DNA from: Campylobacterota bacterium
Lineage (GTDB): Bacteria > Campylobacterota > Campylobacteria > Campylobacterales > Sulfurimonadaceae
Assembly (NCBI GenBank): GCA_034661055.1
Contig: JAYEKO010000013.1
Span: 1-24,258 of the forward strand
Direction of reading: 5' to 3'
DNA length: 24,258 nucleotides
Shown here one piece after another: positions 1-9,086 of the stretch (position 1 is the stretch's first letter; each line of letters opens with the position of its first letter). A program made the translations under genes and the position numbers. The notes under the pieces are model-generated. The model was given only the letters and a program-made list of their open reading frames with translations. It was not told where the DNA came from and ran no database searches.

Positions 1-1147
1 TTTCAATTAAAGCAATACGCACATATCCTTCTCCATAATCACCAAAACCAATACCTGGCGCTACAGCAACTTGAGCTTCTACAAGTAAGCGCTTAGAAAA
101 CTCTAATGAACCCAAGTGTGAAGCACAGTCTGGAATTTTTGCCCAACAGAACATGGAAGCTTTATTACGTCTAATGTGCCATCCCGCTCTATCAAACGCT
201 TCAATAAGAACATCTTGACGATGGTCATACTTATCGGTAATGTCTTGCACACACTGCTGATCACCATTTAGTGCAACCGTTGCTGCTACTTGAATTGGTG
301 TAAACATTCCATAATCTAGCCATGACTTAATTTTTTGCAACGCACCAATAAGCTTTTTGTTTCCTACAAAGAAACCGACACGCCAGCCTGCCATATTGTA
401 GCTTTTTGAGAGTGTAAAACTCTCTACTGCAACATCTTTTGCACCTTCTACTTCCATGATAGAAGGTGTTTTATAGCCATTAAAAGTAATATCTCCATAA
501 GCAATATCACTAATAATGTAGAAACGCTCTTTTTTAGCTAACGCTACTAAACGCTCATAAAATGCCGGAGTTACTGTTGCAGTCGATGGATTATGTGGAA
601 AATTAACTACTACATACTTTGGTTTTGGAAATGAGTCTTTAAAGGCTATATCTAAATTATCAAAAAATTTATCTTCATCTACATTATAGTCTTCATCCAT
701 AATAAGTGGCATCTTTTGAACATTACCACCGGCTAAAATAAAAGCATAAGAGTGAATAGGATATGTCGGGTCTGGAACCACAGCAACATCGCCAGGGTTG
801 GTAATAGCGTAAGCTAAATGCGCATAACCCTCTTTTGAGCCCATTGTTGCTACACACTCGCTCATTGGATCTAGTTCAACATCATAACGTCGCTTATACC
901 AGTCTGATATAGCAATAAGAAGTTTTGGAATCCCCTTTGATGCAGAATAGCCATGTGTTTTAGTTTTTTGTGCAGATTCAACTAGCTTCTCTCTAATATG
1001 ATCAGGTGTATCACCATCAGGATTACCCATACTAAAATCAATTACATCAGCACCATTGCGGCGCTCTGCCATTTTAAGATCATTTACTTCAGCAAAGACA
1101 TACTTAGGAAGACGTTTTATACGGTCAAATTCTATCTCATCAAACAT
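1..1147 (-). CDS. PLP-dependent class I/II aminotransferase (AlaC-like; homologues often annotated LL-diaminopimelate aminotransferase), 3' end runs off the window
   Basis: Not in the ORF track; translated by hand from ATG at 1147: MFDEIEFDRIKRLPKYVFAEVNDLKMAERRNGADVIDFSMGNPDG...GSKEG...NFPHNP...SDIAY...TLSKSYNMAGWRVG...VRIALIE. PLP lysine motif SKSYNMAGWRVG present; frame open to the window edge. Confidence 0.9.
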   Translation of the reverse strand, partial: MFDEIEFDRIKRLPKYVFAEVNDLKMAERRNGADVIDFSMGNPDGDTPDHIREKLVESAQKTKTHGYSASKGIPKLLIAISDWYKRRYDVELDPMSECVATMGSKEGYAHLAYAITNPGDVAVVPDPTYPIHSYAFILAGGNVQKMPLIMDEDYNVDEDKFFDNLDIAFKDSFPKPKYVVVNFPHNPSTATVTPAFYERLVALAKKERFYIISDIAYGDITFNGYKTPSIMEVEGAKDVAVESFTLSKSYNMAGWRVGFFVGNKKLIGALQKIKSWLDYGMFTPIQVAATVALNGDQQCVQDITDKYDHRQDVLIEAFDRAGWHIRRNKASMFCWAKIPDCASHLGSLEFSKRLLVEAQVAVAPGIGFGDYGEGYVRIALIE

Positions 1148-1184
1148 TGTTATACCTATTCTATTTATTATTTAATTTTTTGCA

Positions 1185-1193
1185 ATTTTAGCA
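1185..1193 (-). promoter_or_regulatory. Putative extended -10 promoter (TGCTAAAAT) for the aminotransferase
   Basis: TGnTAAAAT about 38 nt upstream of the ATG, matching the Campylobacterota sigma70 consensus. Confidence 0.5.
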
Positions 1194-1211
1194 TATTTAT
1201 TTCAAAGGGCG

Positions 1212-2024
1212 CTATCTACCCTTAACTTCAAAGCCATCTTTAATATTTTTCATACTGTACATATCATCAAGCTTTACATACGTAGTACCTTCTGGCAATG
1301 GAATGCTTAATCGTGGTGTTCTTTCATCTTTTTTAATTAAATCCAAAAGCCTCAGTTTAGCGTCATAGAGTGCCACATAAGGGTACCAACGATTTCGATT
1401 TCTACTCTCTATAACAAGCTCTTTACTGCTGGCAACATCAAGCCAGTAAGCATATTGAGAATTCTTAAGTCGTGTTTTTTTATTATTTACCACCACATAA
1501 GCATCTAAGTGTGCCCTGGAAATATCAACCTCGTAATGCCATGCAGTTGGGGAAAGCCGCTCAATATTCACAAGATACGAAGCTCTTTTTTTAAGCTCTT
1601 GCTTTAGTACTATGGGGTCCATAATGTACTCAGCAATAAGCTTTATTTTCCAGATAAATTCACTGCTATTGAGCTTGGCTTCGACAATTAAGTATTTATA
1701 GTATCCCATATCTTGCAGTGTGTCTTCAATTATTTTTACAAAAAAAAGTGCCTCTGCGTTAGTGGAAAATGAGAGTTCAATCTCTTTTGGTGACTCAAAA
1801 AAGAGCTTTAACAGACCATTATCTTTAAGAGTTTGCACCACTTTTACAACATCAACACGTTCATTTTTGTAATAGTCACTCTCTGGTGAAAAAATTATTT
1901 TTATATAAGAGTTGTTTTTATTAAAAGATTTCTCTCCAATAAGAGACTCTATCTTATTTAAAAGCAGTGATTCAGAAAATAGCGGCAGTACTATTAAAAA
2001 TAGAACAATAGCACTTTTTACCAC
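1212..2024 (-). CDS. Conserved exported/periplasmic hypothetical protein (Cj0151c-like by position)
   Basis: 270 aa ORF with N-terminal signal peptide (MVKSAIVLFLIVLPLFS); overlaps the upstream gene by 7 bp; same position as in the C. jejuni Cj0150c-Cj0156c cluster as recalled. Confidence 0.75.
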   Translation of the reverse strand: MVKSAIVLFLIVLPLFSESLLLNKIESLIGEKSFNKNNSYIKIIFSPESDYYKNERVDVVKVVQTLKDNGLLKLFFESPKEIELSFSTNAEALFFVKIIEDTLQDMGYYKYLIVEAKLNSSEFIWKIKLIAEYIMDPIVLKQELKKRASYLVNIERLSPTAWHYEVDISRAHLDAYVVVNNKKTRLKNSQYAYWLDVASSKELVIESRNRNRWYPYVALYDAKLRLLDLIKKDERTPRLSIPLPEGTTYVKLDDMYSMKNIKDGFEVKGR

Positions 2025-2893
2025 AACTTACCTCGGTTATGTTCTTTAAACTCAGATTTTGTTATTTCTGTTAATCTACCGTCTTTATAAATAAAATAGA
2101 TTTTTCCTCTTTTTTTAAACTCTAAAAGTTCAGCCTCTTTTTTAACAGTTACTTGAGCGTGACCAAATACAATTAACCAATCTTTAGTGGTATCGACCTT
2201 AACCTTTCTCATGGTAACACGATTGATCTTTTTCATACTTGGAAGCTCTATCATGCCAATCCATACCTTCTTTATAGGTATAATTGTCACTGCTTCATTT
2301 TGAACTTCAGGAGCTATCTGCTTAATGAGTTTATTCATGTCTGTCTGATTCAAATCGGAAACTTTACTTATATTCTCTTCTAAAACAGCTACACTATTTT
2401 CTTCAATTTCGGCCACAGTAGAGCTATTTAGGTCACTATTTTGCAAATAAGGTTGAATCAAATCATTCTCTTGCAGTTTTCCTTTAGCTTTGTCAATCTG
2501 TGAGTCATTAACTTCAACACCACCACGATACTCCTGCAGATTTACCATTACATCGCTACTGTAAAAAAATCCCAAAGCAATTGTTAAAAGAAGCAGTAAA
2601 ATCCACCCTGCTCTTTTACTTCTTTTTTTAGATTTATAGTTTAATCGAATGTTAGTTTTTTCAATTTCAGCGGGTGCATTTTCCAACCTATATTGCTCAA
2701 ACTCTTCTAAAAAATCTGATAGATCTACTGCATATTCTCTCTGTAAAATTGAGATAAAACCTGTTAAATTAACTCGTTCTAGTTTTGAATAAGACTTATT
2801 TAATATTGCTTCAATATTTGCATATGATATGTGTGTTTTAACATGAATATCTCTAATATTAATAGTTTTTAAATACTCTAAGCCTGATTGCAT
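2018..2893 (-). CDS. RodZ-like bitopic membrane protein (N-terminal HTH, one TM helix, periplasmic C-terminal domain; Cj0152c-like)
   Basis: N-terminus IRDIHVKTHISYANIEAILNKSYSKLERVNLTGFISILQREY resembles the RodZ HTH; basic patch KSKKRSKR, then TM WILLLLLTIALGFF; low-complexity linker; C-terminal beta domain (VWIGMIEL...LIVFGHAQV). Confidence 0.7.
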   Translation of the reverse strand: MQSGLEYLKTINIRDIHVKTHISYANIEAILNKSYSKLERVNLTGFISILQREYAVDLSDFLEEFEQYRLENAPAEIEKTNIRLNYKSKKRSKRAGWILLLLLTIALGFFYSSDVMVNLQEYRGGVEVNDSQIDKAKGKLQENDLIQPYLQNSDLNSSTVAEIEENSVAVLEENISKVSDLNQTDMNKLIKQIAPEVQNEAVTIIPIKKVWIGMIELPSMKKINRVTMRKVKVDTTKDWLIVFGHAQVTVKKEAELLEFKKRGKIYFIYKDGRLTEITKSEFKEHNRGKLW

Positions 2894-3571
2894 CTATCGC
2901 ATCCTATCCATTAAAATTGCACCAGCAGCACTAACATTTAGAGAATCAAAACCGTGAGCCATCTCAATTTTAACTTTATGATCAAGTTTTTTTAAGACGC
3001 GAGAGGGAAGCCCCTCTCCTTCACTTCCAAGAATTAAAACTCTTTTTGAAGAGATTACAGCATCTTTAATATTCTCTCCCTCAATATCAGCACCATAAAT
3101 CTCATAGTTCATTGTCTTAAGGTCATTCATAATATCATGAACATTAGTACAAAAAAGTATTGGCATATCAAATAAAGCTCCACTGCTACTACGTGCAATG
3201 GACTCAAAAGCTATCTTCTTAAGACCACTAATAACAACAGCGTCAACACCCAGCGCGTAAGCACTTCGAATAATAGCACCGATATTACCAACATCAGTAA
3301 TACTGCTTAAAATAAGCACAAAGTTTCTCTTTTTTAGCGAAGCGACCTCTTTTAATACAATATCTTCCACATCAGCTAAGTAGCCTTGATGATTGCCACT
3401 TTTACTCATCTGTTGCGCTGCATTTTGAGGAATACGCTTCACTTCAAAGTCGTGCTTCATTAAAGCACTGTACTCTTTTTTGTCCACATCTTTAGCTAAG
3501 TAAAGTTTCTCTATTTTTTGGGGATGATGATCTATTAAATAATAGATGCTTTGCTTACCATATATTAACAT
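2894..3571 (-). CDS. rlmB: 23S rRNA (guanosine-2'-O)-methyltransferase, TrmH/SpoU family
   Basis: SPOUT motifs TDVGNIGAIIRSA, LILGSEGEG and DSLNVSAAGAIL; N-terminal IYGK and NHQG motifs of RlmB. Confidence 0.92.
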   Translation of the reverse strand: MLIYGKQSIYYLIDHHPQKIEKLYLAKDVDKKEYSALMKHDFEVKRIPQNAAQQMSKSGNHQGYLADVEDIVLKEVASLKKRNFVLILSSITDVGNIGAIIRSAYALGVDAVVISGLKKIAFESIARSSSGALFDMPILFCTNVHDIMNDLKTMNYEIYGADIEGENIKDAVISSKRVLILGSEGEGLPSRVLKKLDHKVKIEMAHGFDSLNVSAAGAILMDRMR

Positions 3572-3585
3572 TGAATGAATTTTAG

Positions 3586-4395
3586 CTAATTTTCAATTAA
3601 TCGTTGATAACACGCTTTAGGATTTTCACCAGTTATCTTTGAAATAAGCTTTGAGGCAGACTTTTTAGGGATGTCAAATTCTAAAATATCTTGTTCACTT
3701 AGTGTTGTATTTCTAGCATCTGCTTTTTCAATAACCACTACCCACTCCCCTTTTACATGTAATTTAAGCTGCTGCGTTATCTCTTTGGCAGTGCCACTGT
3801 AAAAACTCTGGTAACGCTTAGTAAGCTCTTTAGCTAAAAAAACCCTTCTAAAAGGATCTTCTGTATTAATCTCTTCTAGAAGCTTAATTAGTCGATGCGG
3901 TGATTCATAAAGTACAGTGGTAAAACCATTATACATAGCACCTAAAAGTGCTCTTTTGCGATCACTTCCCTTATGAGGAATAAAACCGTAAAAGAGCATC
4001 TCTGTCGTGACGAATCCACTCGCTACAAATGCAGTCAGTGCTGCATTAGCACCGGGCAGAACATCATAAGCAATGTCATTATCAAGACAGTAGCGAACCA
4101 ATAGTTGTGCGGGATCACTAATACCAGGCATGCCAGCATCACTTACATAGACCACATTTTTCTCAAAAAAATCTTTACGCAAATTTTTAATAAAATCATA
4201 CTCATTATGAGAGTGTACGGCAATAAACTGTTGTTCTTTACGCTCTTGAGAATAACGTTCTATTAAAATATTGAGTAGTTTTTTGGTAACTCGGGTGTCT
4301 TCGCAGAGCAAAACATCTGCATTAAAAAGTGTTTCCATGGCTCGCAGTGAGATATCACTGATATTGCCAATTGGAGTAGGAACGAGGGTAAGCAT
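3586..4395 (-). CDS. rsmI: 16S rRNA (cytidine(1402)-2'-O)-methyltransferase
   Basis: LVPTPIGNISDISLRA, CEDTRVT, VSDAGMPGISDP, YESPHRL and KELTK motifs. Confidence 0.95.
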   Translation of the reverse strand: MLTLVPTPIGNISDISLRAMETLFNADVLLCEDTRVTKKLLNILIERYSQERKEQQFIAVHSHNEYDFIKNLRKDFFEKNVVYVSDAGMPGISDPAQLLVRYCLDNDIAYDVLPGANAALTAFVASGFVTTEMLFYGFIPHKGSDRKRALLGAMYNGFTTVLYESPHRLIKLLEEINTEDPFRRVFLAKELTKRYQSFYSGTAKEITQQLKLHVKGEWVVVIEKADARNTTLSEQDILEFDIPKKSASKLISKITGENPKACYQRLIEN

Positions 4396-4415
4396 CTCTT
4401 TCCCTCTAAGTATTC

Positions 4416-4616
4416 TTAGTCGCGGTTATAACGTTTGTTGAATTTCTCAATACGTCCAGCAGTATCTACAATTTTCTGTGAACCGGTATAGAATGGATGA
4501 CACTCATTACAGATATCTAACTGCATTGTCTCTTGTGAACTCTTAGTTGTAAAAGCATTTCCACATGCACATGTAACTTGACACTCAACCGATTTTGGGT
4601 GGAGATCTTTTTTCAT
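4416..4616 (-). CDS. rpmE: 50S ribosomal protein L31, zinc-binding (C+) type
   Basis: MKKDLHP...CACGN...[12 protein letters not shown]...[10 protein letters not shown] (66 aa). Start moved to the ATG at 4616, preceded by SD GAGG at 4624-4627. Confidence 0.97.
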   Translation of the reverse strand: MKKDLHPKSVECQVTCACGNAFTTKSSQETMQLDICNECHPFYTGSQKIVDTAGRIEKFNKRYNRD

Positions 4617-4705
4617 TTTTTTTCCTCGTGATACACGTCGAAGTACGTATATCTGCATATTATATTTACCCGTACAGGCGTCGGGTTTTATGGATGCGAA
4701 TTATA
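4617..4705 (-). promoter_or_regulatory. rpmE promoter (-10 TATAAT at 4700-4705) and structured 5' leader
   Basis: TATAAT followed by a leader of about 77 nt with hairpins ACCCG/CGGGT (4668-4686) and GATATACGT/ACGTGTATC (4630-4653), then the SD. Confidence 0.55.
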
Positions 4706-4728
4706 GCTAAAAAATACTTACTTGTCTA

Positions 4729-6660
4729 TTAAAACTTTTTAGCTCCATAGAAATAAAGATTTCTTCCATCATCTTCAGAGATAAAGACAACTTCAAAATC
4801 AATAGTACTATTATTATTCAGTTCTGTCTCTAGCTTCATCTTGCCTAGGCTTCCTTTGCTTAACCTTGAATGCTCGCCATTGTCTGCAAAGTAAAATGAA
4901 ATACCCTCACTAGAATTATCAAAAAGATATACTTCTGTTTCCTGTCCATCATTTAAAACAGCTTTAATAGGTGGTGTGATTACCGTACGCTCTGACTTTC
5001 TATTATTAAGCACTACATCAAAACCATCAGCAAGACTTTTGAGTTCTCCACCTTTATGAGTGAGTGTAGTAATAATATTCTTTGTCTCTTGTGCATTAAC
5101 TAGTAATACTTCACTCGACTTTCTTACATCTACAAGCTCTTTTTCTGTATCTCTTAAAACTGTATCGCTCTCTTTAAATTCGGTCTCAAATACTTTAAGA
5201 ACAGACGATATTGTGTTGATACTTTGGCGTATTTCTTCAAATCGTTCACTAAGGTTTTGTGAACTTTCACCTAGTGATATCATAGTCTCTTTAGTTTGAT
5301 TGGCATGCGAGGTCACCTTGTCAATATGCCCATGAATATTTTTTAAGACCTTTCCAATTGTCTGTGCATTTGAGAGTGATATTTCAGCAAGTTCGCGAAT
5401 CTTTTCTGCAACTACCGCAAACCCTCGGCCATGCTCTCCTGCCCGTGCTGCTTCAATGGCAGCATTAAGTGCAATTAAATTTGTCTCATCTGCAATATCG
5501 GTAATAATCTCAATAGTTTGTGAAATCTCATTAGAAAATTCTCGAAGTTCAGCAATTGAGACGGCAGTATCTTCCATAGCAAGTGATGCATTTTTCCCAT
5601 CAGCTAAATTTTGAACTAGAACATTTTGTCCTGTTTTTATGTGCGATAGGGAACTGTCAGACTGCTTCAATATATCACTTAAATCCTCTCCCATTTGAGA
5701 ATTAAGATCAATCACTTTTTCAATATATTTGCTTGATTCATTTACAGCACTGTTTTGTTTATCAACCTGTCCTTTGGTGTTGTCAGTTTTTACATAGCCG
5801 TAGCTAGCTTCAAATGCCATCATCTTACTCTGCTCTACTACATTACTAATAACTGGCCTTAAAATATTAACCATGGCATTAAGGTGTCTAAAGAGACGAT
5901 CAATCTCATTGTCTGTACTGCCCTTCTTAATTGGTTCATCTTTAATAAGATCATCAATTATAAAGTTACCATTTTCTACCCTAAAAATAACCTCTAAAAC
6001 CTTATAAATTCGTTTTGCTACATATTTACTAAAGAGGAAGTGTGTCAGAAGTAAGATAATTATAATATTGGCAATAGCCGTCACAATTGAAAGTGTTAAA
6101 CTGCTAGAGAGTGCTTCATTAAAATCAACTGTATCAATACGAACATCTTCAATTGCAACAACATTACCTGCCGTCCACGTAGGATGGCACATAATACATC
6201 GCTCTTCACTAATCATAGGGCGAGAGAGCATGTAGTACTCTTTACCGCCATCCATAATAAAGTTTTCTTTCTCTTTTACATCACGATTATTTTTAAAAAA
6301 AGCAATCATTTCACTCTCATAAGCTTTGGCTTTATTTACTTCACTAGTCGGCTCATCTGAAGCTTCTTTATAAAAAACTTTTCCTTCAGATATTTTTGTA
6401 AATTTGGTAAAAATTTCATTTTGAATAATTTGAGGCACTTCTGCTGATTCACCAGAGAAAAACTTTTCATTCCTTGATTCAAGAAGGACTTCTGCAAAAT
6501 CCAATACTGATTTAGCCTGAGAGTAAAGATTATTTTTCAAACTATCTTTTTGACTTACATAATCATAAGTATAAAAAATTACTGAAATAAAGATGAATGC
6601 CGTAGCAAACATAATTGAAAACATTGTCGCAAGTTTGTATTTTTTTGGGTGCCTAAACAT
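4729..6660 (-). CDS. Methyl-accepting chemotaxis protein with periplasmic heme c (DUF3365-like) sensor, HAMP, MCP signalling domain and C-terminal PilZ-like domain
   Basis: Two TM segments flank a domain containing CIMCH (aa 155-159); HAMP ([13 protein letters not shown]); hairpin tip [35 protein letters not shown]-terminal RKSER (RxxxR) and DNSSEG (DxSxxG). Confidence 0.92.
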   Translation of the reverse strand: MFRHPKKYKLATMFSIMFATAFIFISVIFYTYDYVSQKDSLKNNLYSQAKSVLDFAEVLLESRNEKFFSGESAEVPQIIQNEIFTKFTKISEGKVFYKEASDEPTSEVNKAKAYESEMIAFFKNNRDVKEKENFIMDGGKEYYMLSRPMISEERCIMCHPTWTAGNVVAIEDVRIDTVDFNEALSSSLTLSIVTAIANIIIILLLTHFLFSKYVAKRIYKVLEVIFRVENGNFIIDDLIKDEPIKKGSTDNEIDRLFRHLNAMVNILRPVISNVVEQSKMMAFEASYGYVKTDNTKGQVDKQNSAVNESSKYIEKVIDLNSQMGEDLSDILKQSDSSLSHIKTGQNVLVQNLADGKNASLAMEDTAVSIAELREFSNEISQTIEIITDIADETNLIALNAAIEAARAGEHGRGFAVVAEKIRELAEISLSNAQTIGKVLKNIHGHIDKVTSHANQTKETMISLGESSQNLSERFEEIRQSINTISSVLKVFETEFKESDTVLRDTEKELVDVRKSSEVLLVNAQETKNIITTLTHKGGELKSLADGFDVVLNNRKSERTVITPPIKAVLNDGQETEVYLFDNSSEGISFYFADNGEHSRLSKGSLGKMKLETELNNNSTIDFEVVFISEDDGRNLYFYGAKKF

Positions 6661-6724
6661 AACGATCCTACCTTTAAAAATCTCTTAGAATATACTCCCT
6701 TAATTATAGAACATCTAACATAAA

Positions 6725-7396
6725 TTAAAACAAAATTTTACTTGAAACAGTACAAACTGCGCTCTCTGAGCGTAAAATCATCGGTGTTTTTAATCTAAAA
6801 GCTTTCTGATTCTGAAGCAAGATTCGTTCATTACTACTAAAACCACCTTCACAACCTACTAAAAATGTATCTATAGTGTCACTTTCATCTAAGACATTGT
6901 CACAAAAATCAAAGTAAACTACACTCTTATATCTCTGCAGAACCTCTTCGAGACTCTCAATGTATTCAAACTCCATAAACTCACTACGCCCACACTGCTG
7001 CATTGAGTTTATCAAGATACGTCTAAAACGTTCAAAGTCGAGCCCAAAGTTATTCTGTGAACGCTCACATTTAACAAAAGATATTTTAGCAACACCAATC
7101 TCATTTAACGTAGGTAACACCTTCTCAATAGATTTTGGATCAATCAGACACCAAATTACATGTAAATTTTTGTGAGCTTTAACAAGCCTTGTACTGCTTG
7201 ATTTAAGCTCCAAAATCGCTTCTCTGCCTCGAATATCTTTAATCATATAAATATAGAGTACGGAGGTTTCATTCTCGGTACGCAGACAGACCTCATCACC
7301 AATATTGTGACGACGCACTTTTATCAGGTACTTAAAAAGCTCCCCTTTTACATGTAAATTACTCTCTCCTGCTTCATTACAAAAGACAAAGGTCAC
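6725..7396 (-). CDS. rsmE: 16S rRNA (uracil(1498)-N3)-methyltransferase
   Basis: LNEIGV, SMQQCGR, VGCEGGFS and ILRSESA motifs; GTG start overlapping the upstream TGA. Confidence 0.93.
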   Translation of the reverse strand: MTFVFCNEAGESNLHVKGELFKYLIKVRRHNIGDEVCLRTENETSVLYIYMIKDIRGREAILELKSSSTRLVKAHKNLHVIWCLIDPKSIEKVLPTLNEIGVAKISFVKCERSQNNFGLDFERFRRILINSMQQCGRSEFMEFEYIESLEEVLQRYKSVVYFDFCDNVLDESDTIDTFLVGCEGGFSSNERILLQNQKAFRLKTPMILRSESAVCTVSSKILF

Positions 7397-7800
7397 ATTA
7401 ACATCCAGATACTAATTACACTATTCATAGCCAACTCTATGAGAAGAATTTTAATTGCCACACCTTTGTAGGTCTCAAAAGCACCTTCTGCTCTAAAATT
7501 AATGTGCTTTAATGAACCATAACGCTTTGCTTCAAAGATAATCATAGCAATCGCAAAGAGGATCATGACAATATTTTCGATGGTAAAAGAGAGATGTTTT
7601 GCAGCCATCATCACCATGCCGGTAAATAGAATTAAAAAAATCATTGATGATGAAAATGGCATCATAATACGCATCTGTTTAGCATATCTTCTTAACTCTT
7701 TAGCACGTTTTACATGCACCATATTCATAAGAATAATCCCAACTAACAGTAGCACTCCCACATCGTGGATATCAATACTCATTGCATACATTTCATTCAT
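7393..7800 (-). CDS. Integral membrane hypothetical protein (about 4 TM; Cj0157c-like by position)
   Basis: 135 aa with four hydrophobic segments; stop overlaps the rsmE start. Confidence 0.75.
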   Translation of the reverse strand: MNEMYAMSIDIHDVGVLLLVGIILMNMVHVKRAKELRRYAKQMRIMMPFSSSMIFLILFTGMVMMAAKHLSFTIENIVMILFAIAMIIFEAKRYGSLKHINFRAEGAFETYKGVAIKILLIELAMNSVISIWMLM

Positions 7801-7825
7801 AAACAGAATTTTACCCCAATTTCCT

Positions 7826-7831
7826 TATAAT
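7826..7831 (+). promoter_or_regulatory. Putative -10 box (TATAAT) for moeA
   Basis: TATAAT 28 nt upstream of the ATG; SD GAGG at 7851-7854; lies in a divergent intergenic region. Confidence 0.5.
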
Positions 7832-7859
7832 ACATTCATATTTTTAAAAAGAGGTTATT

Positions 7860-9086
7860 ATGGCAATAAGTGTTGAAGAGGCGTTAGAAAAAATTTATGA
7901 AAAAGTTACTGCAAAACCTACTGAACTTATTTCCATAGAAGAAGCTTTAGGACGTATTGTAGCTTTTGAACTTATTGCTACACATAACTTACCTCCATAT
8001 GACAACTCTGCTATGGATGGTTATGCTATAAAAGCTGATGATTGCGGAAAAACAGTCAAGGTAATAGAGACAATTTTTGCTGGTGATAATAAGTCAATTT
8101 TACTGACTAGCGACAATAGTGTAAAGATTATGACAGGAGCTCGTATTCCTGATGGGTGTGAGGCTATTGTACCGCAAGAAGATGTTCAAATTACTACTGA
8201 GGGGATTATACTTCCTCAAACTATTCGACCTGCTCAACATATCCGCCTCTGTGGAGAGGACATTCAAAAAGATGATGTTCTTCTAAAAGCAAAAACACGT
8301 CTTCATGCCCATCATATTACTCTATTAGCATCACAAGGAATCTCGCATATACATGTTCATAAAAGACCCCATGTTGCCATTTTCGCTTCAGGTAGTGAGC
8401 TCAAGATGCACTACGAAACGGTAGCGCCACATCAACTCTACAACACAAACTCTCCCACTTTTTTAGCACGTGCAAAAGAGCTTGGGTGTGATGTTAGTTT
8501 TATTGGAACCTCTGGAGATACTTTACAAGAGATTAAAGAACATATTGCCGCCTCACTTGATGCCGATTTAATTGTCACTTCAGGTGGTGTTAGTGTTGGT
8601 GATGCTGACTTTACAAAAGAGGCGTTCAGTGCTTTTGGTTTTGATAAAGCATTTGACAAAATCAGTATTAAACCTGGTAAACCTACTACATTTGGTAGCA
8701 TTGGCAACAGTTTTGTCCTAAATCTTCCAGGAAATCCTTTAGCAGCAGCGCTAAACTTTGAACTCTTTGGACAGAGTATTATTCTAGCACTAAGTGGTGA
8801 TTTTAAAAAGTACCTTGGTGTTTTACATGTAAAATTAGCCGAGGAGTTTAAAACACGCTCTGGACGCCGCGCTTTAGTTCCAGGATTTTACGATGGTAAA
8901 TCTTTTAGAGTATGTGGAAAATTTGCACCGGGGATGGTCTCTCCATTAGCAACTTCTAACGGATATATGATGATAGACGAGAGTGTAGCAGAGTTAAAGG
9001 CAGGAACTGTTGTTAAAATAGTTCCAACACAGTTTACACTCTACACATCAGAGCAGCAAGAACTTATTACTTATGGGCACCTCTAA
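7860..9086 (+). CDS. moeA: Molybdopterin molybdotransferase
   Basis: PPYDNSAMDGYA, KIMTGARIP, TSGGVSVGDADF, IKPGKP and LPGNP motifs. Confidence 0.96.
   Translation: MAISVEEALEKIYEKVTAKPTELISIEEALGRIVAFELIATHNLPPYDNSAMDGYAIKADDCGKTVKVIETIFAGDNKSILLTSDNSVKIMTGARIPDGCEAIVPQEDVQITTEGIILPQTIRPAQHIRLCGEDIQKDDVLLKAKTRLHAHHITLLASQGISHIHVHKRPHVAIFASGSELKMHYETVAPHQLYNTNSPTFLARAKELGCDVSFIGTSGDTLQEIKEHIAASLDADLIVTSGGVSVGDADFTKEAFSAFGFDKAFDKISIKPGKPTTFGSIGNSFVLNLPGNPLAAALNFELFGQSIILALSGDFKKYLGVLHVKLAEEFKTRSGRRALVPGFYDGKSFRVCGKFAPGMVSPLATSNGYMMIDESVAELKAGTVVKIVPTQFTLYTSEQQELITYGHL

Noticed and set aside
998..1225. 75-aa plus-strand ORF
   Set aside because: Antisense shadow of the aminotransferase 5' end and its promoter; no recognisable motifs.
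4617..4658. 14-aa N-terminal extension of L31 in the ORF track
   Set aside because: L31 begins MKK; the SD lies before 4616 and the extension falls in the leader hairpin.
5060..8707. Short ORFs 5060-5299, 6960-7175, 7565-7876 and 8438-8707
   Set aside because: All are antisense to well-supported genes and show no family features.
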